The translations under genes were made by a program, and so were the position numbers. Under the pieces are notes generated by a model that saw nothing but the letters and a program-made list of their open reading frames with translations, was not told where the DNA came from and made no database searches. From sequence record NZ_CP139428.1: 64,000 nucleotides of DNA, one strand, 5' to 3'. This document shows positions 1 through 8,317 of the stretch, piece after piece (the first letter of the stretch is position 1; each line of letters begins with the position of its first letter). This DNA comes from a plasmid.

Positions 1-4
1 AGAC

Positions 5-541
5 GTGACCTACCGGCCCGGCGATCGCCGCCGCGCCACGCGCAAGGAAGACTATATCGACGCGCTCGACATCCTGATTGCCAGCCGGGGGGAGCACTGT
101 TATTCCCCGTTGCCGGGCGACACCCGTGACACGCTGTTCCCGGAAGTGAACCGCCGCCGCCGACAGCGCTTCGAACACCGGCTGACGATGAAACACACCC
201 GTCAGGCGCGCATCGATGCCACACTCCGGCGGCACAAGCGGCGACGTTACCAGGTGCGGCTGGCGCAGGCGGAAGTCGAGCTGGCGTTCATCACGCCGGG
301 CGAGCTTGACCGCTGGGTACGGCGTGCGCAGCAGCAGGGACTTGCCGAGGATGATTTGAGCGGGCTGGTGATGGCGTGGACGGCGCGGTTTCCGTGCCTT
401 GCCGAATTGGATCGTTATCTTTGGGCTGACATGCCGTTCTGGGAGGCGCGTCTTCAGGTCAGTCTGATCAGCGCGGAGTTGTCCGCTGAAGCGCATATCG
501 ATAACGCGGCGCGGCTGCCGAATCGCCTGGTACGCCGCTAA
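5..541 (+). CDS. PsiA-like plasmid SOS-inhibition protein, C-terminal part (ORF probably begins upstream of window)
   Basis: Position ~5.8 kb from oriT matches psiA in F. Motifs LPLPGD, LFPEV, RRHKRR, AQAE and a WxARFP block recall the PsiA family from memory. ORF reaches the window edge. Confidence 0.4.
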   Translation: MTYRPGDRRRATRKEDYIDALDILIASRGEHCYSPLPGDTRDTLFPEVNRRRRQRFEHRLTMKHTRQARIDATLRRHKRRRYQVRLAQAEVELAFITPGELDRWVRRAQQQGLAEDDLSGLVMAWTARFPCLAELDRYLWADMPFWEARLQVSLISAELSAEAHIDNAARLPNRLVRR

Positions 542-599
542 ACCCCGGACAACAGGCTGCAGTGGCTGCGCCACTGCGGCTTGTTGCTCTCTGATCCCT

Positions 600-1100
600 G
601 TGCCAGGCCTGTCTCTGCTTTCAGCAGGGGAGACGGTTCCTGTTGATAGAGTCACGGTGACTGTTGGGCATGAATGTGCCGCTTCTAAACGACTTGCCTG
701 GCGAAACGATGCGGCGCTGGGCGTCCGGGCGCGCTGTCGTGCTGCGCATGGCGCCGGCAAGCCGTCGCCCCCCTGCGGGCGTCCATCGCTGACGCGAAAT
801 ACACGCTTGCAGCCGGCGGTGCCGGCGCCGCTTCTCACTGTTCCTCGCCCTGGCGAGGAACGCTAAGGTCGCCACGGCTTATCGCCGCGTCGGGTGTGTT
901 CCTGCTCATCTCACCGGTGGTTATCTCTCATCGGCCCTTACGCGGCCGCTTTTGTAGCACCGTCACCCGCGTGCCGCAAGGGTGAAATGCACGCCGCAAG
1001 CGGCGCCCTTGCGTTCCCCCGTTCGCCGTCGCTACGTCAGCTTTTTTGCCGCGAAAGGTTCCGACGAGAGATAAATCAACCACCGAAGAGGGATGCCAGC
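600..1100. repeat. Leading-region structured repeat copy A (Frpo/ssi-like single-strand promoter candidate)
   Basis: ~450 bp non-coding, GC-rich, hairpin-rich. Homologous to 3400-3890 (e.g. ctgtcgtgctgcgca...gcgaggaacgctaaggtcgcc shared). Ends at the start codon of an MNTQNVN gene. Confidence 0.5.
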
Positions 1101-1565
1101 ATGAACACACAAAACGTCAACGTCAACACCGCCGCTCAGGAACGCTCTGAAAGATATGGGAAAAGATCCACTGTTACCGGATCGTCTGATGATTGGGATG
1201 TAAAAGCCTGCCTGTTCGTTACGCAGGCGATCGGCCGCTTTTCCGTCAAATTCTCGGCGCCCTGCATCGGGGGCACGGTGAACCTCAATTGCAGCCACAT
1301 CACCAACGCCTGCAATCCGTTTGATGCCGTAATGCGATTTGCGCGCGAAACCCGCGCGCAGGGATGCACGGTGTACGCCGTGGAACAGGTCGAGCCTGTG
1401 CGCCCCGTTTGCCTGAGCACAACCGGGTATCGCTTTATGCAAAAAGGCTTCATCTGGCTGTGTCTTGATACCGGCGTTTTCGTCGAGGTGTCAGACGATG
1501 GCCGGATGCGGCGCGGGGACGATGGCCGTACGTTGCCTTGCTACGGCACGTTAACCCGCATTTAA
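1101..1565 (+). CDS. hypothetical leading-region protein (N-terminus MNTQNVN shared with 3891 gene)
   Basis: ORF directly after repeat copy A. Start context is conserved with the second copy. Confidence 0.5.
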   Translation: MNTQNVNVNTAAQERSERYGKRSTVTGSSDDWDVKACLFVTQAIGRFSVKFSAPCIGGTVNLNCSHITNACNPFDAVMRFARETRAQGCTVYAVEQVEPVRPVCLSTTGYRFMQKGFIWLCLDTGVFVEVSDDGRMRRGDDGRTLPCYGTLTRI

Positions 1566-1601
1566 CCGGTGGCAAGCCACCCTAACCGAGGAGAAAAAAC
1601 G

Positions 1602-1949
1602 ATGTATCAGACCGAAATCAGCACCGAAAACCGCATGGCGTGGGATGCGAGCACCGAGGCCGCGTACTGGCAACGGCGCGAGCAGCAGGCACGCAGCGAC
1701 GTGGAAGAAATCACGCTGGCGGCGTTTATGGATGCCATCGCAGTGATGTACCCGAAAGACTGGGAGGGCGACGCACATAGCGAAACTTTCAAGCTGGCCG
1801 AAATGTACTGCGGGGACGTTGCCTACATTTTTGCAAAAGTCGGCGATCGCTATTTTAAGTTCCGCGATGTGGTGACGTTATCGCACAGCGCCATTCTGGC
1901 GCGGATCAATAAGGAGGTGTTAAGCCGGGAGACGCAAGCCCGTAAATGA
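1602..1949 (+). CDS. hypothetical leading-region protein
   Basis: GAGGAG RBS 7 nt upstream of ATG. Compact ORF in a co-directional array. Confidence 0.5.
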   Translation: MYQTEISTENRMAWDASTEAAYWQRREQQARSDVEEITLAAFMDAIAVMYPKDWEGDAHSETFKLAEMYCGDVAYIFAKVGDRYFKFRDVVTLSHSAILARINKEVLSRETQARK

Positions 1950-2038
1950 AAAAAGCAGCGTTTCCGCTGCTTCCTCATGCCGGTTTACCCCTAGGAAAGT
2001 TAGACCGGCGTTCTATCAAACTACATGGAGTCTCAACC

Positions 2039-2302
2039 ATGAAATCAACAGACCCAAGCATCATGACAGTAACCGACGAGTATGTAAAGCGCCTGCAGGC
2101 TGAGTGCGAGCAGGTGAAACGCCAGCGGCGGATCGCGCGCGGCGATATAGCCGCCGCCGACGTCGATCCGGATCTACGGTCGTTCGGGCGTCATATCGCC
2201 GGATGTGTTCGAAAGGGCAAATCGGTGCGGGTGCCGTCGATGCGGGGCAGTGAGTGGGGGCACGTTCTGCGTGCGCTGGAGTTAACGCGGGCGATGGCCT
2301 GA
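2039..2302 (+). CDS. hypothetical small protein
   Basis: ORF in the same orientation. Start is uncertain (alternative 1946). Confidence 0.3.
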   Translation: MKSTDPSIMTVTDEYVKRLQAECEQVKRQRRIARGDIAAADVDPDLRSFGRHIAGCVRKGKSVRVPSMRGSEWGHVLRALELTRAMA

Positions 2303-2353
2303 TAACGCGAGCCGCCCCGTATCGGGGCGGCTATTCACTGACCCGGAGGTTAA

Positions 2354-3154
2354 TTGATGTCACAACTCTCTTTTGATGCCCTGTTTTCCGTGCCCGTCGA
2401 TGCGGTGCGCCCGGCGGAAAAGAACGTCAGGGCTGATGCGGTCGAACCTTCAAAACCCGCCGACCCTGTACCGGGACGGAAGCGGACAATCACCGGCGAT
2501 GATCCGCGCAAGGCGTTTTTGAGTACGTTTCGTGAAACGGCGCGTTATCACCATCGCTACGAAGTGTTCAGCGATTTTGTGAAACTGACGGCCTGTGCGC
2601 TGGAAAATCTGCTGTTAAAGTCGCCGGACATCGAGGCGGAGTATCTGGCCACCATCCAGCGCTATGAAAAAGCCGACCAGCAGCGCATGGCGCAGTTGTA
2701 TTCATGGCTGATCATCGGGCTGGATCAGGACATGGGGGATTTTCTCGGATCGCTGTTTATGGAGCTGGAGCTGGGCAGCGGCAACATCGGCCAGTTTTTC
2801 ACGCCGTTCCATCTCTCCGAACTGATGGCGGGACTGGTAGCCGGTGATCGGCTGGCGGCGTTGGACAATGAGCCGTATATCACGCTGTCCGAACCGACCT
2901 GCGGCGCGGGCGGGATGGTGATCGCGTTTGCCAAAGTGATGCTGGCGCGCGGATATAACCCGCAAACGCAGCTGCGCGCCGACTGCGTGGACATCGATCC
3001 GGTGGCGGCGCGGATGTGTTACATCCAGTTGTCGCTGCTGGGTATACCGGCGCGCGTGGTGATCGGCAACAGCCTGACACTGACCTATCAGCGCGAGATG
3101 TATACGCCGTTCTGGTATCGCGTGACGTCCACGCGCTGGCCGATGTATCGCTAA
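2354..3154 (+). CDS. HsdM-like N6-adenine methyltransferase domain protein, truncated before the catalytic NPPF/Y motif (leading-region orphan MTase-like)
   Basis: Motif X-like GQFFTPFHLSELMAGLV, motif I EPTCGAGGMV, motif II-like CVDIDPVAARMCYIQLSL. The ORF stops where motif IV would be. Confidence 0.6.
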   Translation: MMSQLSFDALFSVPVDAVRPAEKNVRADAVEPSKPADPVPGRKRTITGDDPRKAFLSTFRETARYHHRYEVFSDFVKLTACALENLLLKSPDIEAEYLATIQRYEKADQQRMAQLYSWLIIGLDQDMGDFLGSLFMELELGSGNIGQFFTPFHLSELMAGLVAGDRLAALDNEPYITLSEPTCGAGGMVIAFAKVMLARGYNPQTQLRADCVDIDPVAARMCYIQLSLLGIPARVVIGNSLTLTYQREMYTPFWYRVTSTRWPMYR

Positions 3155-3399
3155 CACCCGAGGCGGGCAGGGCGATCCTGCCCGATAACGCATGGCAGAA
3201 AACGACACGTTGCCGTTACCGGGCGAATTTACCGATCGGGGCGGAAACACGGGGCGTTTGATGACGACGCCGTGTGCTACCTGGAAACGGTGGCTACGGT
3301 CAGCACCGCGCGGTAAAAGACGAACAGAATGAAAGGCCGGTGCCTGCGGCACCGGCCATTCTTTCCCTTCTCGCACACTGTCAAAAAGACCTGGTGGCG

Positions 3400-3890
3400 G
3401 TTTTTCTACCTCTCCCTCGCCGGCTGCCGGTATTTCTGCGGTGAACCGGGTTTTCGCATGATGCCTGGGCGTGCCCTTCGGGCCCGGCTGTCGTGCTGCG
3501 CAGGGAGCCGGCACGCCGTCTCCCCCCTGGCGGGCTTCCATCCGTCACGCGATGGGCACGCTTGCAGCCGGCGATGCCGGCGCCGCTTTTCACTGTCCCT
3601 CGCCCAGGCGAGGAACGCTAAGGTCGCCCCGGCTTGTCGCCGTGTCGGCCGTGTTCCTCCTCGCTGCGTTTCCGGTGCGCCATCGGACGGCCGTTCCCCG
3701 GCGGAGGGCTGTTCGTAGCACCGTCGCGTCGCCCCGCAAGGGGTGAAATGCACTTCACCGAAAACTTTTTCCAGGTAAAAACTTTTCGTCTCGCCCCTTG
3801 CGTGTCTCCTTACGCCGTTGCTCCGTCGCCCTTTGCCGCCAGGGAACTCACCGAACGATGGAATAACCACCAGAGAGGAGCAAGAGCAGG
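3400..3890. repeat. Leading-region structured repeat copy B (Frpo/ssi-like candidate)
   Basis: Homologous to 600-1100. Ends at the ATG of the second MNTQNVN gene. Confidence 0.5.
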
Positions 3891-4262
3891 ATGAACACGC
3901 AAAACGTCAACACCGCCACCAAAGAATCTTCCAAACGATGGGCGGGAAAATACCCCGATGCGGAAAACATCATGATCCGTCAACTGGCATTGATGGAGGA
4001 ATTACACGGCGTGTATTTGTCCCCTGACGAACTGGCGCAATCGCTGTATGAAATTTTTAACACGATGACGGATCGGGTGGTGTTTAACGGCGTCGATAAC
4101 TCGCCGTCCGATAAACCGAAAATTGCGTATGCCGTCGCGCAACATTGGATTAAGGCGCAGCGTCTGGCCGGTACGTATTTTGGCGAGACCGGCATCGTTG
4201 CCTGGGAACATGCGCGTTATCGGCTGCACCTTCAGCTGGCTATCAATCACTCATACCGTTAA
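3891..4262 (+). CDS. hypothetical leading-region protein (MNTQNVN start)
   Basis: ORF with an AGAGGAG RBS directly after repeat copy B. Confidence 0.5.
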   Translation: MNTQNVNTATKESSKRWAGKYPDAENIMIRQLALMEELHGVYLSPDELAQSLYEIFNTMTDRVVFNGVDNSPSDKPKIAYAVAQHWIKAQRLAGTYFGETGIVAWEHARYRLHLQLAINHSYR

Positions 4263-4318
4263 TTCATCGCCGGTCTAAAAAAAGTGTCCGGCATTACTCA
4301 AAGAGAAAGGAGAATATC

Positions 4319-5146
4319 ATGCGTCTGACTTCCCGTTTTGGCCGTTATAACGCTATCCGTAAAGACCGTCCATTAACCAACGACGAATTAATGAACGTGG
4401 TGCCGAGTGTGTTTTCAGAAGATAAACACGATTCGCGCAGTGACCGCTATACGTATATTCCCACCATTACGCTGCTGGATAAATTACGCGAGGAAGGTTT
4501 TCAGCCGTTTTATGCCTGCCAGACGCGCGTCCGGGATGAAAGCAAACGCGGCCATACCAAACACATGCTGCGGCTGCGTCGGGAAAATATGATTGTCTCC
4601 GGCAATAAGGAAGTCCCCGAAATCGTATTATTGAACAGCCACGACGGGAGCAGCAGTTACCAAATGATCCCGGGGATGTTCCGCTATGTCTGTGCTAACG
4701 GAATGGTATTTGGTCAATCGTTCGGTGATGTTCGTGTGCCGCATAAAGGGGATGTGGTCGGGCAGGTGATTGAGGGCGCCTATGAAGTGCTCGGCATATT
4801 TGACCGCGTCGATAATGACCTCGATACCATGAAATGCATTTCACTGACCGAGCGCGACCAGGAATTATTTGCGCGGGCGGCGTTAAGTTATCGCTACGAG
4901 TATGAAGATAAATCCCCGATCACGCCATCGCAAGTTTTGCGTCCGCGTCGGCGTGAAGATTACGGCAATGATTTATGGACGACATTCCAGCGCGTTCAGG
5001 AAAACATGATTAAAGGCGGATTACCCGGTAAAAGCGTGACCGGTAAAAATACCCGTACTCGGGCGGTCAACGGTATCGATGGCGATATAAAACTGAACCG
5101 TGCGTTATGGCTGATTGCGGATGAATTCAAAAACCGAATGAAGTAA
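4319..5146 (+). CDS. YafZ/YfjQ-family (DUF932) protein typical of plasmid leading regions and prophage-like islands
   Basis: 275 aa. Blocks RYTYIPTITLLDKLREEGFQPF, LLNSHDGSSSYQMIPG, IEGAYEV, DIKLNRALW match the YafZ/YfjQ family. Confidence 0.75.
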   Translation: MRLTSRFGRYNAIRKDRPLTNDELMNVVPSVFSEDKHDSRSDRYTYIPTITLLDKLREEGFQPFYACQTRVRDESKRGHTKHMLRLRRENMIVSGNKEVPEIVLLNSHDGSSSYQMIPGMFRYVCANGMVFGQSFGDVRVPHKGDVVGQVIEGAYEVLGIFDRVDNDLDTMKCISLTERDQELFARAALSYRYEYEDKSPITPSQVLRPRRREDYGNDLWTTFQRVQENMIKGGLPGKSVTGKNTRTRAVNGIDGDIKLNRALWLIADEFKNRMK

Positions 5147-5247
5147 CAGGTTGCCCCGGTAATGACGCCCATCAATACCGGGGCCGAACACTGCTACAGA
5201 ACGTACAGTTAATACAACGCGGACAGTATGAAATAACGAGGTGAAAG

Positions 5248-5544
5248 ATGCAAACGGAAAATTTACGGGTATGCAGTACGGCACATTTTACATCGGAAGA
5301 TAACGAGCTGTTAGCGACAATGGCAGGGCAGGCGGGTCTTAGTTCCTGGGTGGTTAACATCCAGTACGGTTATATTCTGGTGCTGACGGATTATCGCTGG
5401 CGGCTGCGGGTATTAAAGTCGCAAGGAGCGTCAAAACCGCTGAGGCGGTTTCTAATTCACCAGATAAAATATCACCGTACAGGCTACATCCATTTTGATT
5501 GTGATGCATCCATTCTTGCCGGCCACGAGGTTTTTGAGTGGTAG
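5248..5544 (+). CDS. hypothetical protein
   Basis: 98-aa ORF with an RBS. Confidence 0.35.
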   Translation: MQTENLRVCSTAHFTSEDNELLATMAGQAGLSSWVVNIQYGYILVLTDYRWRLRVLKSQGASKPLRRFLIHQIKYHRTGYIHFDCDASILAGHEVFEW

Positions 5545-5831
5545 CGCGCTGATAAGAGTCGTCCCCATCGAGGGGGCGTCTCTTATTCTCCCCGCCCGCC
5601 CAGCGGGAAATAAATTTCCCGCTCCCGCTGCCCCAAAGGGGCGCCCTGGTTAGCACCCAAAAAACGGTAACGTTTTTTGGTGGTGTTCGTTAACTTTGCG
5701 ATCCGCTTACCCACATCTACACAATCGACGTTATTTCACCTTGCCCCGGTGAAATAACCGCTCCCGTTCGTTTCCCATTAAGGGGAATGGGAAACCTCAC
5801 TGGCTTTGTCTTATGTGCATATGTGGATAAA

Positions 5832-6302
5832 CTACGGGTTCTGGACGAGGAGGGGTTGCTGCTTGCTGGCTTTTATCGCCCGGTAGGTCTTTTCGATTTT
5901 GCGTGCATACTTATAACGTCGTTGCGCCTGCTTAGGCGAATCTTTAAATCCTGCATTATAAGCCCCCACTGCCTGCCAGGTCGCTCCCCACTTCTTAAAG
6001 GCAATCGCGAGATAATAAGCACCGGTGTAGATGTTCATGCACGGATCTTGCTTCAGGTGACGTTCTGAAACCCCAATCGATGAGAGCGAGTTAAAGTGCT
6101 GGGAGTCAATTTGCATTAACCCGACGCCGTACCCTGTTGTAGGATTTGGGCCGATAGCCACGGGATTAAACCGTGACTCGTTCCATGAAATAGCACGCAG
6201 CAGATCCGGGTCGATGTGATAATCACGACCCGCCATGTCAAAACAATCAGCCATAGCGGCCGTTGAACTGAATAGCATTAACGCTGCGATGAGGTTCTTC
6301 AT
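5832..6302 (-). CDS. lytic transglycosylase (SLT domain; F geneX/orf169-like) adjacent to oriT
   Basis: Signal peptide. SLT motifs [11 protein letters not shown] and GLMQI. Sits where F has its oriT-adjacent orf169. Confidence 0.8.
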   Translation of the reverse strand: MKNLIAALMLFSSTAAMADCFDMAGRDYHIDPDLLRAISWNESRFNPVAIGPNPTTGYGVGLMQIDSQHFNSLSSIGVSERHLKQDPCMNIYTGAYYLAIAFKKWGATWQAVGAYNAGFKDSPKQAQRRYKYARKIEKTYRAIKASKQQPLLVQNP

Positions 6303-6721
6303 GGTATCCTTAAAATCCCTAGCCCTGGTGAAAATCTAGCCTTTTCGGGATCTCGAGTCAACAAATTCGCGCTCTTTGGGGTAACAGCATCACACCCCAC
6401 GCAAAATTGTATTTTTCAGAATTATTATTTTAAAACAGTTGGTTACGCGCTTTAAGTTGTTGTTGTATTTTTACATGGCAAGAGATTAGAGTTGTAAAGG
6501 ACTCTAACTAGAGTCGTTATTCAAGTTTATACACAACTCTACATAGAGTTATCACTAAATTTCAAATAGATAAACAGACTCGACCCTAGAGGCGAGTTGT
6601 ATTTTTTTGCTTTTATAGTTATCATTAGACTCGCAATTAGAGTCGGATTTGATTCGTGCATGCCAACTCAAAATACATACAGATTATCTGTCAGCTAATA
6701 ATGTCATGGAGTAAAAATTAT
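6303..6721. promoter_or_regulatory. oriT: oriT region: F-type nic motif on minus strand (rc TTTGCGTGGGGTGT|GATG, ~6388-6405) plus TAGAGT/ACTCTA repeat clusters (candidate TraM/TraY/IHF sites and traM promoters)
   Basis: 6388-6405 catcacaccccacgcaaa is the reverse complement of the F/R100 nic core TTTGCGTGGGGTGTG. Repeats at 6486-6520, 6536-6556, 6582-6604, 6628-6655. Confidence 0.7.
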
Positions 6722-7120
6722 ATGGCAAGAATTCAAGCATATGTCAGCAAGGAGGCGGTTGAAAAGATTCATGCAATTGTTGAACAGCGCCGTCAAGAAG
6801 GGGCTGCTGAAACTGAAGTAAGTACATCTAGTGTTATTTCTATGCTTCTTGAACTCGGTCTCAGAGTCTATGAGGCACAGATGGAAAGAAAAGATGACCC
6901 TTTTAATCAGACGGAGTTTAACAAAACTCTTTTGGAAAACGTATTGAAAACTCAACTTGCAATGGCAAAGGTTCTTGGTGCAAGTACTCTAGCTCCACAT
7001 GTTGCAGATAAACCAAAACTTAATAACTATCAGCAGATCATTTCAGAAATAAACGAATCTGTTAATGATAAGTTAGAGAGATTTTTTATTGGTGTTGATT
7101 CAGATAGTACTAACGAATGA
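6722..7120 (+). CDS. traM: TraM relaxosome accessory protein
   Basis: MARIQAYVSKEAVEKIHAIVEQRRQEGA...MLLELGLRVYEAQMERK aligns closely with F TraM. Confidence 0.9.
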   Translation: MARIQAYVSKEAVEKIHAIVEQRRQEGAAETEVSTSSVISMLLELGLRVYEAQMERKDDPFNQTEFNKTLLENVLKTQLAMAKVLGASTLAPHVADKPKLNNYQQIISEINESVNDKLERFFIGVDSDSTNE

Positions 7121-7186
7121 ACTATCATCAATAACTTAATTACCTCATGCCTCCTTTGGGAGTGAGGTAATTATGCTTGCTGATTT

Positions 7187-7549
7187 CTATTTGTTTAGAC
7201 AGTCAATTATTTCAATTGCTAGTCGTTTGGCATCTTCAACTTTTTTAGCTAATTTTTTCTCTTCTATTACTGAACTGTAGAATTTATTTTTGGAGGGATT
7301 TGTTCTGTTTCTATGCATTTCAAGAAGATCTGTCGCTAAATCATCATCTATCGTATAGAAGTAATACTCTGGGTAATCCAATAAGTTGGCTATTTTTACT
7401 ACTAAGCTGAAAGGTGGTTCTGTTCTGCCGACTTCGTAACTTGACAGTCTTGAGCTTGAATTGGCCCCTTGTATACCTACAAGTTCAGCTAACTGCTCCT
7501 GTGTATAACCACTTGATATTCTGGCATCTTTTAGTCTTTTTGGTATCAT
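7187..7549 (-). CDS. XRE-family HTH transcriptional regulator (Cro/CI-type), divergent from 7721 gene
   Basis: N-terminal HTH RLKDARISSGYTQEQLAELVGI. AT-rich. Confidence 0.7.
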   Translation of the reverse strand: MIPKRLKDARISSGYTQEQLAELVGIQGANSSSRLSSYEVGRTEPPFSLVVKIANLLDYPEYYFYTIDDDLATDLLEMHRNRTNPSKNKFYSSVIEEKKLAKKVEDAKRLAIEIIDCLNK

Positions 7550-7720
7550 GGTCCCCTCCTTTATTATGATTTTACATAGTGTTAGGAGGTGAAAAATCCA
7601 CATAATCAAGAACTGTTGATAATGTGTAGTTCATGCTGTGCTATGTTTATTTCATCATCTGATGTCTTTCATGTATCATCTTTTGACTAACCATCACTAT
7701 TATTTGATCATGAGTATGCC

Positions 7721-8317
7721 ATGAATAATACCGAGATAATAAAAAAGAATATAAATTACCTTCTTTCTTCGAGAAAGGAAACACAAGTTTCTTTGAGTGA
7801 TGGTGCCGGTGTTAATCGAACTACTATATATAAGATCCTTGAAGGTAGGGTAGAGCGCGTTCAAGAAAATACTCTTCGAAAAGTAGCCGGATTCTTTGGT
7901 GTTTCATTTAAAGAAATTCAATCTGTTGATTTACAAGAAAAGGAGTTATCTAATAAGTTAGTAACCATTGATGGTAACATGAACCCGTTGGCGGTTCCGA
8001 TTATTAAAGATACAACTATACTCTCAGCAGTAAATGCAAAAATTGGACGGTTAGTTATGTCGTCACCTATAACTTATTTCTTCGGTGAAGGTCCTAATGT
8101 AGTTGGAATACTTCTAACAAAAGAGATAAAAGGATACTATAATAAAGGTGATGTGATCATCGTTCGCCGTGAGGCTATCATTCATGAGGCAAATGTTCTT
8201 GTGGTTACTTCAAGCAAAAGTTTAAAGGTGATTGATGGTAGTTCGGCTCATTTAGTTGCTGAGGATGTTGTTGGTACAATAATCGAGGAAAGGTATGGAA
8301 GCGAATATAAAATATAA
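7721..8317 (+). CDS. CI/LexA-like repressor: N-terminal XRE HTH plus C-terminal S24-peptidase-like domain (catalytic Ser-Lys not evident)
   Basis: HTH block VSLSDGAGVNRTTIYKI. C-terminal KGDVIIVRRE...LVVTSSKSLKV resembles the LexA/UmuD beta-domain, but no GxSM motif is seen. Confidence 0.6.
   Translation: MNNTEIIKKNINYLLSSRKETQVSLSDGAGVNRTTIYKILEGRVERVQENTLRKVAGFFGVSFKEIQSVDLQEKELSNKLVTIDGNMNPLAVPIIKDTTILSAVNAKIGRLVMSSPITYFFGEGPNVVGILLTKEIKGYYNKGDVIIVRREAIIHEANVLVVTSSKSLKVIDGSSAHLVAEDVVGTIIEERYGSEYKI

Noticed and set aside
600-875. ORFs 600-866 (+) and 621-875 (-) and the analogous 3406-3870 (-) / 3471-3746 (+) inside the leading-region repeats
   Set aside because: Mutually overlapping on both strands inside a structured repeat. 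The minus-strand products share repeat-derived peptides (SEKRRRHRRLQAC), so the region is interpreted as non-coding Frpo/ssi-like DNA.
5147-5830. Looked for a hok/sok (flm) post-segregational killing locus expected near psiA in F
   Set aside because: No Hok-like small hydrophobic ORF recognised. It may lie upstream of the window or be absent.
7550-7720. Searched the divergent regulator intergenic region for a LexA box
   Set aside because: CTGTTGATAATGTGTAG and similar strings lack the 3' ACAG half. No convincing SOS box.
7721-8317. Considered calling the 198-aa HTH protein TraJ
   Set aside because: TraJ proteins carry a C-terminal HTH and a PAS-like N-domain. This protein has an N-terminal XRE HTH and a LexA/CI-like C-domain, so it is annotated as a CI-like repressor.
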